This document shows positions 8,623-17,665 of a DNA stretch of 47,389 nucleotides, piece by piece. Source of the stretch: a bacterium (GTDB lineage Bacteria > Bacteroidota > Ignavibacteria > UBA10030); the NCBI GenBank assembly GCA_043803945.1, contig JAZDJN010000073.1:1-47389 (forward strand), read 5' to 3'. The number at the start of each line of letters is the position of its first letter. The first letter of the stretch is position 1. A model generated the notes under the pieces. It ran no database searches and was not told the DNA's origin. It saw only the letters and a list, made by a program, of their open reading frames with translations. A program made the position numbers and the translations under genes.

Positions 8623-11600
8623 TTACTCCACAATTATTTCATCGACAAAGATCCATGCCTTTTCTCCTGTGCCGGGATGCCATGGCGGACACAGCCCCAT
8701 ATTCTTCGCTTTCACACGCAGGTACCGGACTTGTGTTTGCTTCAAGGAAGGAGCCAGAAGTTTGATGAACACTCCCTCATTGGAACTCGGAGAATCGTAA
8801 TGCTCCGAGCCAATGATCGAGAAGTTCTTATTTTCCCCTGCAGCAGCTATCTCCACTGCAACCGGCCGAAAAATCCAACTTCCATTGGTGCTCAGACAGC
8901 TCACAGAGACTTTATGAATCGGTTTCACTATTCCTAAATCAAGGATCACTTCCAGATCATTGCCTTCAAATCCCTGCCATGCCTTGTTGGAGTAAGAGGT
9001 CGGTCCGCGTTTCGAATCGATGAGAGCCATATCACCTGCCGCAGCGTAGCGGGGAGAGTATTGGGTAAGGTATTCTGCTTTCTCCACTTTATAAGCCCGA
9101 TAGTAAGACTCCTCCTTCACCGCACTTGGCGCCTTTCCTTCTTTTACGGTCATCGCTTTTATTATCGTCGTCCGATCGATGATAAAGGGCCGCTTGAAAA
9201 TGGACGATGCCGTCGTCGGGATGCTTCCATTTGTTGTATAATAGATTGATGCATCTTTTTCGTTCGCCGACATCGTAATCTCAACTTTCTGTCCCTCTTC
9301 CATGATTCGGTACTCCGGCAGAATTCGCGGCTGCGAGCAAACCATATAGCGCTCGTACTCTCCAGCTTCAACATTGAGAGTATCATAGAGACTTTGTGCT
9401 GGGTGAGTGTTGTCGTTTTCATTGTATGCCGCAGTCAAAGCGAAAAGGCGAATCCGCTCATCATCGGGCAGTGTCAACACTTTGGCTCCTGTTGGAATGT
9501 CGAGGGCATACTTAAAGAGATAGGTATAGATGTACGGCTCATTCTCGCCATTGGCGAGGTGTCGATGGGTCGTGAAGTATGCGATGTTATCCTGTTTTAC
9601 ATATCCCGGTATCAATCCGGTGTAGATAATATTCTCCCAGGTATAGTTCGACTCACGCCATTCATAGTTATCCCACGTCCGGTTGTCGGCTTGTCCAAAG
9701 TATCCGGACCAGCTTTGAACCATGACAGGAAATGATTTGCCATCAATTTTAAACTCGCCTCGTGTGTGATCCTCTGTCGACGCTGCAAGCAGGTAGAGGC
9801 GGTTAACCATGCCGGATGGCAAAGTAATCGATTGACCTTTGCAGGCGACAGCATTCTTCTCGCCATCTTTTGTTGAACCAAATGTGAAAGAAACACCTTC
9901 ACTCGTGATCAGGGCAGGGAGCATTTCCGCAGGCAGAGAGGCACCTGATTTGTCGAACGCGCCATCCTGTTTCTTCTTCTCGCTGCTTATCACATCAACG
10001 TTAAACGGTAATGCCACTGATTGTGACTTCGGCAATGAGAGTGAGGTAGCAGGCTTTTCAAGCGTCAGAGCAAACGTCCGAAGCTGATAGGAAGTCATAT
10101 CAATCGTCAGCTTACCATCGACCGGTTGAAGTGAAGCGAGATGCTGCTCCTGACCGTTCACCTCCTCGGCTGCGACAATCGTACCGGCAAACTTCAATTG
10201 AACATTTTTTGATTCCTTTCCTTTCAGTTCCACGAGGCGAAGAATCAGGGCATCACTGTTCTCTGCTTTTTTGCAGGCCATCACGGCAACATCATCACTC
10301 GACAGGCTGAGGAAGGAAAATGATTTACCGAGAGCTCCCGGATGGCGGAGCGTTTGAAATGCTACGAGCGGCTGATTTAAGCGGGCAGCGTGCCACTGGG
10401 AGTTTGCCGTTCGCCAATCACCTTGATGCCCGTAGAGAGCGTACAACATCCGGTGCTTCCCAAAATCCTGCGTCGCTTGATCCATATAACCGCCCCGAAC
10501 TCCCGGCGTATAGAGCAATGTCAGACGGAGTGTGTTATCAGAGGGCTTATCCGAGCCATATTTTGAATCTTCCAGAATCGAAACCCCATAACTGCCGTCT
10601 TTCGCAGTCAGATCGAACCATTGCTGCGATGGTACTTCAAATTTCTTCGGATTATTATTGCCGCGCTGGATCGTGCCGACGCCGGTATTGTAGGTAGCCA
10701 AAGGATTCGATACAGTGAACGGAAAACTGGCTTTGAGAGAGGATTCTTTTGTATACCAATCGATATAAGTATCAAATTCGACCCTCTCGCCTTTCAACGT
10801 CAATTGAATGTGTTGCACAAACCTCGAGCCGCGAGATTCACGATCAACTTCCAGTGCCACTCGCACCGGACCCGACTCAACTATACGAACCCTTGGATGA
10901 CCATCGACATAACCGACAGGTGGATTCTTACGATCGGCCCAATCCATATTCCATGCGGGGTAATCTTCAGGCCGTTCATACAGAAATGCCAACCGTGCCG
11001 GTTCCGCAAGCAGCTCACGTGCCGCTGCTTTATCATACACACTGGCGATATCGCCGGCGGAGTTGATCGTTACCTTGTAGTGTTCATTCTCCACTATTTG
11101 TTTGGAGATCTGCAACAATTTCGATTGTTCAGTTTCTTTTTCTGCAGGGCGAACATCATAGACAGCAAATCCGACAGAAGGCACCGTTGCAAGGAAGAGA
11201 ATCGTTAACCTGCTTCCCTCTCTTCGCAATACTTGAGAAGGTACAGCATTGCCGTCACCGTTGAAGACCTGAATTGCTTTGGGAGCAGAGGAAGAAAAGT
11301 CTACCGTGGCTTCAGTTACATCTTCCCTACGGATGGAAAGTGGGTTATAAACAACGATTGGAATTCCTTTGGCCTCTGTATCGAGTGAGCGGCTTACGGC
11401 ACCGACGGCATCGGAGAGGGCATTAGCAAACTGGTTCAATGCAATGGTTTCATCATTCCATGCGAACTCATTTCCCCGCGGAATACAAGTGCCTGCCATG
11501 ATGTCATGGAATTGCGCACCGAGAACAAGTCGCCATGCTTCATTCAGTTTTTCCCGCGGATACGCGATACCGCCAAGCCACTCTGCCATTAGCGACGCTG

Positions 11601-12624
11601 CTTCGGCTGAAGAGGCGAGTAGTTCATTCTTTCGGTTCCACCGCTTCAGAAATGCCTGCGATGTGAGCGACCCTGCCGAATGGTTTGTGAGAAGAAGTTC
11701 GCCCCGATACTTTGGCAATGCCGCTTTCTGTTCGGTGGAGATTGAGGTGAAGAAAAGATCGGCAGGAGCGGAGAGAACTCTGATCGGCCCTTTGCTGGTA
11801 AGACTCTTTTCAATCCACTGCACCGATTCCTCCGTCGGTGATCCGCCGATATCGCCGGTGCCATAATAGATGTACTCAGCAGAGATGCCTGATCGGGAGA
11901 AGTTATCATCGATTCGTTTTAACCATGCAGAACTTTTACTGAGATCTTCCCGAATCTTTGAGACATAATCTCCCGGATTGAAACTTACAATCACGCCGTT
12001 ACCATCCGGGCCAATCCATGAGCCGACATTGAATGGAATGCCAATTGCTGAACCCCATGTAAGTTTTTGTGTCGAGAATCCTTTCAAACCGACGTGTGCC
12101 AGAATCGAGGGTAGCGAAGCAGGAAATCCGAAGCAATCGGGAAGCATGTATTCATAGCTTGCTTTCCCAAGCTCTTTGTGGAAATAATTATTGCCGTAGA
12201 GAACCTGGCGGAGAATGGATTCCGAAGATGGTATTAGCGCATCATTCTCTTCCATGGAGGATCCGGCAGGAAACCAGCGGTTGTCTGCGACGTATTGCTT
12301 CATACGTTCGTACTCAGCCGGATAATACTCCTTCATCATCCTGTACCGGTTCGCACCACTGAAGTTGAAAACGTAGTTTGGATATTTCTCGAAGAGCCGG
12401 AAGTTATCGAGCAGTGTGTTTTTAATGTACTTGCTGATCGTCATCTGATAATCCCAGCGCCATTCGGTATCGAGGTGGGCGTAGCCGAGAGTAAACAAGG
12501 TTTTCTCTTTTGAGATGTTCACGGTCGGAAGCTGGAGTGGTATTGACTGATTCTGTGCAGAAGCGAGGGAAAGCAAGAGAGTAACGATGGTAATTGACAC
12601 CAGGAGTGCTTTTACTTGAGGCAT
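8623..12624 (-). CDS. GH38 alpha-mannosidase with C-terminal Fn3-associated (CHB_HEX_C-like) and F5/8-like domains
   Basis: AHLDTEWRW, LPDCFGF nucleophile motif, GD.GG, QFHDIMAGT, IYYTTNGSIP, WIFVDEI; signal peptide. Confidence 0.93.
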   Translation of the reverse strand: MPQVKALLVSITIVTLLLSLASAQNQSIPLQLPTVNISKEKTLFTLGYAHLDTEWRWDYQMTISKYIKNTLLDNFRLFEKYPNYVFNFSGANRYRMMKEYYPAEYERMKQYVADNRWFPAGSSMEENDALIPSSESILRQVLYGNNYFHKELGKASYEYMLPDCFGFPASLPSILAHVGLKGFSTQKLTWGSAIGIPFNVGSWIGPDGNGVIVSFNPGDYVSKIREDLSKSSAWLKRIDDNFSRSGISAEYIYYGTGDIGGSPTEESVQWIEKSLTSKGPIRVLSAPADLFFTSISTEQKAALPKYRGELLLTNHSAGSLTSQAFLKRWNRKNELLASSAEAASLMAEWLGGIAYPREKLNEAWRLVLGAQFHDIMAGTCIPRGNEFAWNDETIALNQFANALSDAVGAVSRSLDTEAKGIPIVVYNPLSIRREDVTEATVDFSSSAPKAIQVFNGDGNAVPSQVLRREGSRLTILFLATVPSVGFAVYDVRPAEKETEQSKLLQISKQIVENEHYKVTINSAGDIASVYDKAAARELLAEPARLAFLYERPEDYPAWNMDWADRKNPPVGYVDGHPRVRIVESGPVRVALEVDRESRGSRFVQHIQLTLKGERVEFDTYIDWYTKESSLKASFPFTVSNPLATYNTGVGTIQRGNNNPKKFEVPSQQWFDLTAKDGSYGVSILEDSKYGSDKPSDNTLRLTLLYTPGVRGGYMDQATQDFGKHRMLYALYGHQGDWRTANSQWHAARLNQPLVAFQTLRHPGALGKSFSFLSLSSDDVAVMACKKAENSDALILRLVELKGKESKNVQLKFAGTIVAAEEVNGQEQHLASLQPVDGKLTIDMTSYQLRTFALTLEKPATSLSLPKSQSVALPFNVDVISSEKKKQDGAFDKSGASLPAEMLPALITSEGVSFTFGSTKDGEKNAVACKGQSITLPSGMVNRLYLLAASTEDHTRGEFKIDGKSFPVMVQSWSGYFGQADNRTWDNYEWRESNYTWENIIYTGLIPGYVKQDNIAYFTTHRHLANGENEPYIYTYLFKYALDIPTGAKVLTLPDDERIRLFALTAAYNENDNTHPAQSLYDTLNVEAGEYERYMVCSQPRILPEYRIMEEGQKVEITMSANEKDASIYYTTNGSIPTTASSIFKRPFIIDRTTIIKAMTVKEGKAPSAVKEESYYRAYKVEKAEYLTQYSPRYAAAGDMALIDSKRGPTSYSNKAWQGFEGNDLEVILDLGIVKPIHKVSVSCLSTNGSWIFRPVAVEIAAAGENKNFSIIGSEHYDSPSSNEGVFIKLLAPSLKQTQVRYLRVKAKNMGLCPPWHPGTGEKAWIFVDEIIVE

Positions 12625-12760
12625 ACCAGGTTCTCCAAAAATAGAATTCGTAGAAATCTGATTTGATGTGACAGGAAGGTAGAATTATTTGGGGGGAGAT
12701 GCAAAACGAGAATATTACTGTCCGTGGATGTTCTTAAGGAAAGTTGAAGAGAATCTCGTT

Positions 12761-13114
12761 CTAAAGTACTAGCGTCGCCGCTGATGCAAGTTGTCGACGA
12801 ATGGAGGTAGTAAAATTACCTTGTATGAGTGAATGAGCGGGATTATCACATCGAGGGGCATGCAAACACGCCAGACCCAATGAGAGAGGTACTGAAGCTT
12901 CAAAACGGGCCAGACGATATTTTGTCCGATCTATAATGGCAACGTCAGGTGTTGTAAGCCTTTCAAGGTCGACAGACAAACCATCAACATCTCTTTTACC
13001 TGGTTTGAATGCAAACGAAGATATGGTATTATCAGGTTTAATATAGGATGGATCAAGGATAATTCTTCTTAGAAGCCCATCATTCTCAGCAATGACCTCT
13101 ATTTTAAAATCCAT
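12761..13114 (-). CDS. Small hypothetical protein with ADP-ribosyltransferase-like (R-S-H) motifs; putative toxin
   Basis: 117 aa with LLRR near the N-terminus, AF, GLSV and NPAHSLI. Last gene of a tightly coupled three-gene cassette. The fold is an inference. Confidence 0.55.
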   Translation of the reverse strand: MDFKIEVIAENDGLLRRIILDPSYIKPDNTISSFAFKPGKRDVDGLSVDLERLTTPDVAIIDRTKYRLARFEASVPLSLGLACLHAPRCDNPAHSLIQGNFTTSIRRQLASAATLVL

Positions 13115-13116
13115 AG

Positions 13117-13584
13117 TTATCTAAGCCATTGAAGAATTTTTCTTTCATCCACACTGTTGCTCTCTTCGAGGCATTTATTTCCTTCGAACATTGCCGAGGT
13201 AGATCGTCCTTCATTGTCAAAGGTTATCTCAACCGTTCTGTTTCCATTCATCAACTCTACAAGGATTTCCCCGTCGGGACCAGGAGCAGTAAAAAAAACC
13301 TCAAAGCCTTTTCGATCAAGAGAAGCCACGAGTGACGTTGCGCAATCAACAACACCCTTATGGGGTGGTATGCCCCCATAGCTGTTCCAATTCTCTTCAA
13401 GTTTTAAAAATGATTTCAGCTTGCTGATCGTCTCGATTGCTTTATCTGACAATTCATATTCCTTTAAGAGTGTTGTTGAAGCACGAGTGTGAAATGTAAG
13501 ATCAACAAAAATAAAAGGGGGAAAGAGAGTGCTCGTACCCTCAAATGTTCTATGATCAAGAACTGCACTATCTAAGGCTGTCAT
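13117..13584 (-). CDS. Hypothetical protein, putative antitoxin partner
   Basis: 155 aa with L..L..NWNSYGG.PP and P.PDGEI.VE....VEI.F motifs. Overlaps the upstream gene by 17 bp and ends 2 bp before the downstream gene. Confidence 0.6.
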   Translation of the reverse strand: MTALDSAVLDHRTFEGTSTLFPPFIFVDLTFHTRASTTLLKEYELSDKAIETISKLKSFLKLEENWNSYGGIPPHKGVVDCATSLVASLDRKGFEVFFTAPGPDGEILVELMNGNRTVEITFDNEGRSTSAMFEGNKCLEESNSVDERKILQWLR

Positions 13585-14329
13585 AATATTCTTTCCTTAA
13601 CATACGCTTAAATAAAGCAGAGATTGATGAATGAGCATACTGGATCCATTGCTTAATATCATCCGGAGTGAATTTCGTCTCTTTAAGGATTGCTGTCTGC
13701 CAAACAATAACCGGATTATTATTCTTCATTCCATTTGATATTACAATTTGTAATTGCGAGTTATCATCCAAAGAGTACACCTGGCTAATTGATTGACCCT
13801 TGATTCTGCCAGAAATATCAAACTCCTTTACAACTTTGATTTGTAAGTGTGATTCAATGAACTGTAAAAAACTATCTTCTGCTTCAGTGTTTAATTCTAC
13901 CGCGTCAATATATCGCAGAGATACTTTCTTAAACTGTGGAGGTTCCTTATAGCTCCTCAGCAAGGCGTCAAGAGCTTGGAGGATGACAGGTTGAAACTTT
14001 GTTTCCCAAACATATGTTTTTTCCGTGATATTCGCAGCGAGAATTCCAGGGCCCAATTGAATAACAGGCCACTCATTTGGTGCAGTCCAAAATTGATGTA
14101 CCGGTTTATGATTTAATAATTGTAATGGTGCTAATGGTGGAGCAATTTTTCTGTGATGAGGATAATCCTTTGACAAATAGCTTGAGAAAACACCTTGAGC
14201 CAGTTCAAAGCCTGGATCGTACTCTGAGCGACTTTTGTCATCAACGTCAAGTTCCCAAAAAGCCTCAAATATCACTTCCTGCAAAGGGGCTTTTGTTAGT
14301 TTTATGATATGACTATTCTGAGAGTTCAT
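13568..14329 (-). CDS. TIGR04255-family protein
   Basis: 253 aa; N-terminal L.KAPLQEVIFE, IQLGP, Y.WE.F and SLRYID are motifs I recognise from this family. Confidence 0.75.
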   Translation of the reverse strand: MNSQNSHIIKLTKAPLQEVIFEAFWELDVDDKSRSEYDPGFELAQGVFSSYLSKDYPHHRKIAPPLAPLQLLNHKPVHQFWTAPNEWPVIQLGPGILAANITEKTYVWETKFQPVILQALDALLRSYKEPPQFKKVSLRYIDAVELNTEAEDSFLQFIESHLQIKVVKEFDISGRIKGQSISQVYSLDDNSQLQIVISNGMKNNNPVIVWQTAILKETKFTPDDIKQWIQYAHSSISALFKRMLRKEYYDSLR

Positions 14330-14448
14330 TGTATGTAAAAAATACGTAAATAATATATAGATTTATTTTCACTTACGCTTAGGGTAAATCTTTCTTCATA
14401 CTGTTTTGACTGAAGGATTGTGCAAATTGTTCCATTTAAATGGCATTT

Positions 14449-15567
14449 TCACAATTCACCCTTTATTGCCTTATCCAATATCAATGGCCGCAGCGCGTCC
14501 AACTCCTTCGAGGTTTCTTCCTGCAATCGCTGAAGTTTGTCCACCTCAGCTTGTAATGCGTACAACTCAGCGACGATGCGGCGCTGCTCGGGGAGCGGAG
14601 GAATGGGAATTCGCATTGGGTTGATTTTCTTTTGCGAGACCACTGGTTGAGCTGCCTGATTTGCTTGTCGTCGTAAATCCAAGTTCGTCAATGCTTGGAC
14701 GAGATATGGGGAGTCGAGGTTGTTTGAAAACTCTGTGATATAGAGCGCGTTGTCAGTTATCCAAGACTTCGGTTCAGACACGAACACACAACCACACCGT
14801 GCACCGACACGCCCGATAACAATCTTCGGTTCTTCAAACAGGTAGCGAGAATAATGACCGTTCAGACCGCCACCACCATAAACTGGAAACAGTGCAGATT
14901 CATCCATTTGACTTGAAGTAAGTCCTTCACCACTTGCCATCGAAATCAATTCGCAGAGAGGATGATTCGGGAACCGAGTTGAGAGCTTGGTAAACCGAAC
15001 TGCTCGCGAGTAAGAAACTATCACTTCGTTTTCTTCGATGGCTTGTTGGCGGATGGCGCGCGCCTCTTCTATTTGTGCTGCCAGTTCCTCTATCCGCGCC
15101 ACGATGCGGCACTGCTCTTCCAACGGCGGGAGAGGGATTTGAATGGATAGAAAAAGATCAGGTTTGATTCGGTTCTTGCCGCTTGTCCCTCCTGATTTTT
15201 CATCACAGGCTTCCCAAAACCATTTGGTCTTTGTAATCCAGTGAAACCATTTTGGATTGAGCACACTTCTAATTGGAGAAAAAATAGGAAACTCACTCGA
15301 TCCGAAGCTACCAGCAAGATCATTATCTACAACCGCAACACTTCCATTTCTTGCCCATATCTTATTGACAAGAATATCACCTGGTTCCACTCTAAACAAT
15401 AACGCATACTTGGTTTCGACTCCATCGATTGATTCTCGCTCATAAGCACCTTGCCCCCAAAGTCTCACGCCAATCTGCCTATACGTTTTACCAGCAATAG
15501 GTATCTCTGCTCTTTGTACTGGAACTGCAACATTGCGAATTTCAGCAAGTGGAAACTGTTTGCTCAT
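14449..15567 (-). CDS. hsdS: Type I restriction-modification specificity subunit (two TRDs)
   Basis: Two conserved-region repeats, IPLPPLEEQCRIVARIE and IPIPPLPEQRRIVAEL; C-terminal ILDKAIKGEL. Confidence 0.92.
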   Translation of the reverse strand: MSKQFPLAEIRNVAVPVQRAEIPIAGKTYRQIGVRLWGQGAYERESIDGVETKYALLFRVEPGDILVNKIWARNGSVAVVDNDLAGSFGSSEFPIFSPIRSVLNPKWFHWITKTKWFWEACDEKSGGTSGKNRIKPDLFLSIQIPLPPLEEQCRIVARIEELAAQIEEARAIRQQAIEENEVIVSYSRAVRFTKLSTRFPNHPLCELISMASGEGLTSSQMDESALFPVYGGGGLNGHYSRYLFEEPKIVIGRVGARCGCVFVSEPKSWITDNALYITEFSNNLDSPYLVQALTNLDLRRQANQAAQPVVSQKKINPMRIPIPPLPEQRRIVAELYALQAEVDKLQRLQEETSKELDALRPLILDKAIKGEL

Positions 15568-15587
15568 CTACTGTTTACCTGTTTTTC

Positions 15588-15906
15588 TTATTGCGTGCCT
15601 CGTTTTGAGTTGACCTTGTACCCAACACTGATAATGGCATCCAGATTAAGGTATTCTACCTTGTATGTTTTGCCATCCGAGGCAGTTTCCTGCAAAATAT
15701 GCAACAACTGAGTCCCTCCGTAATTCCTTTGTTTTGAAGATGTTATTCAAATGACGAGAAACCACTGACTTGTCTCTCCGAAAGAGATCGGCCATTTGAT
15801 TTAGGCTCAACCACACCGTCTGTTCTTCGAGAGTCACCTCAAGAGCCGCCTCCCCATCCTCAGTGCGGTAGACAGCGATCTCGCCCCTGCCTGGTTGTTG
15901 TTTCAT
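15588..15906 (-). pseudogene. rhuM: RhuM/virulence-protein-family fragment, frameshifted and truncated
   Basis: MKQQPGRGEIAVY...TVWLSLNQMADLF.RDKSVVSRHLNNIF...VVAYFA, then a +1 shift to ETASDGKTYKVEYLNLDAIISVGYKVNSKRGTQ-stop. Confidence 0.85.
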
Positions 15907-17065
15907 TGTTGGGCAAACGCACAATGGTATGCAGGTTGAACTCCTTGAGCAATTCTTCTTTAATGCGCGCACAGACTCCGTCGCCAAAAAGTGTTCCGTT
16001 TGGAACAACAACGCCTGCACGTCCAGGCTTTGGCAGACGCCTAAGCTTCCGCATAATCAATTGAAGAAAAAGTAATGTAGTCTCTGCCGCCTGTTTATCT
16101 TCAGGAAAGTTGTTCAGAATGCCGCGTTCTTCTTCTCCACCGAATGGCGGATTTGTTAGAATCACATCCACGCGATCCTTGTCGCCAAGCTCCGCTAACC
16201 GGAACCGCAAACTGTTGCCTGGATCTATTCTGGGAGACTCAAGTCCGTGTAAGAGTAAATTCATCTGCGCAAGGAGATAGGGAAGCGACTTCGCTTCTCC
16301 GCCAAGAATCGATTGCGATTGGAAAATCTTGCGGTCCTCTACTTTCTTGCATTGCTTCTCAAGATGAATAAAGCTTTCAACAAGAAATCCGCCCGTACCG
16401 CAGGCAGGATCAAGAACAATCTCACCGAGTTTTGGATCGAGCACTTCTACCATAAAGCGTACAACTGCACGCGGTGTGTAGAATTCTCCGGAATCTCCTG
16501 CTGAATCCCGCATCTCTTTTAATAGCGATTCATAGAGATGGCTCAGCGTATGGGTTTCATCTGAAGAGTTGAAATGAATCGAGTTGAGTTTATTGATGAC
16601 ATCCCGAAGGAGATACCCATTGATCATCCGGTTGATTGTTCCCTTGAACACCGTTGCGATCACATCACGTCGGTCTCCGCCATTTGCGCCTTGCAAGCTG
16701 TGAAGATAGGCAAACAGTCCGGGACCCTTTATACCGTCAGGGCGCAATGCTTCTTCATTATTGATGAAGGCAATAAGCTCATCGCCGGTGATTCCATCTT
16801 CTTTTGCCGCCCAGTCGCGCCAACGGTATGGTTTCCCAATTGCCGGTTTGAATCGTTTCCCTTCAAGCTTCGATTCTTCTTCCCGGAGTTGTTCAAGGTC
16901 ATCGAGAAATTTCAGGAACATAATCCAGGTGAGCATGGGGAGGCGATCGAGGTCACCATTCAAACCCTTATCTTTCCTCATGATATCCCGTGCGGATTTT
17001 ATTATCGAACTGAGAGATTGGGCTGTTGTTAAAGGTACCGCTGTTTTCTTTATGGTTTTCTTCAT
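15860..17065 (-). pseudogene. hsdM: Type I R-M N6-adenine methyltransferase, C-terminally truncated
   Basis: GEFYTPR, DPACGTGGFL, NPPFGG, VVPNGTLF. Homology stops at LHTIVRLPN (about 15908), where the frame runs into the rhuM start. Confidence 0.88.
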
Positions 17066-17083
17066 ATATCGTATCTATCACTT

Positions 17084-17167
17084 TTTGTCATTTCGACCGA
17101 AGGGAGAAATCTTCTCCCCACTCTTGTAAGATTTCTCGTCGCTGCGCTCCTCGAAATGACAGAAGGA
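17084..17167. repeat. 84-bp palindromic REP-like unit, copy 1
   Basis: Outer stem TGTCATTTCGA/TCGAAATGACA, inner stem GAGAAATCT/AGATTTCTC; 79/84 identical to 17582-17665 by manual alignment. Confidence 0.92.
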
Positions 17168-17233
17168 TTGTCATTGCCGTGTATTCCTAGAACTGCTGCC
17201 ACTTATACCATAGGGAAAGATCCAAAGGAAACA

Positions 17234-17533
17234 TTAGATCTCCCACTCAGAACTTAAGTCTTTCCATTCGGGATTCATCGATTCAACCAGGTGGTTCTTT
17301 TTCTCCCGCCGCCACTTTTTAATTTGCTTTTCACGCATGATAGCTGAATACAAATCGGTTGTGTGTTCGTAGTACACGAGCTTATTCACATTGTATTTAC
17401 TCGTGAAACCCTGGACCAATTTGTTTTTGTGCTCAGTTAATCTTCGTATCAAATCATTTGTCATACCAACGTACATGACCTTATTGTTCCAGTTTGTCTG
17501 CAGGTAGACGTAGTAATTGCGATACCGTCCCAT
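17234..17533 (-). CDS. Stand-alone GIY-YIG nuclease (UPF0213/YhbQ-like)
   Basis: YYVY...MYVGMTNDLIRR..EHK...FTSKYNVNKLVYYE...AIMREKQIKKWRR.KK..L....NPEWKDL; RBS AGGGAGG. Confidence 0.93.
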   Translation of the reverse strand: MGRYRNYYVYLQTNWNNKVMYVGMTNDLIRRLTEHKNKLVQGFTSKYNVNKLVYYEHTTDLYSAIMREKQIKKWRREKKNHLVESMNPEWKDLSSEWEI

Positions 17534-17581
17534 AGAATCCTCCCTGCACCGATCATCAAGAATAACTTTTTACAACATCAA

Positions 17582-17665
17582 TTTGTCATTTCGACCGAAG
17601 GGAGAAATCTTCTCCACACTCTTGAGAGATTTCTCGTCGCTTTGCTCCTCGAAATGACAGAAGGA
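17582..17665. repeat. 84-bp palindromic REP-like unit, copy 2
   Basis: Direct repeat of 17084-17167; directly abuts the hsdR stop codon at 17666. Confidence 0.92.

Noticed and set aside
12629-12641. GGTTCTCCAAAAA, an inverted match to 7581-7593, as ends of a composite element around GH97-GH38
   Set aside because: The 13-bp match overlaps the GH38 ribosome-binding site and an A-run, and the orientation is not that of enclosing TIRs; likely chance.
15646-16020. 124-aa ORF as a real gene
   Set aside because: A chimera of an alternative hsdM frame and the rhuM fragment.
17084-17665. CRISPR array or attL/attR interpretation of the 84-bp repeats
   Set aside because: Only two units, too long for CRISPR repeats, separated by a gene; no cas or integrase genes in the window.
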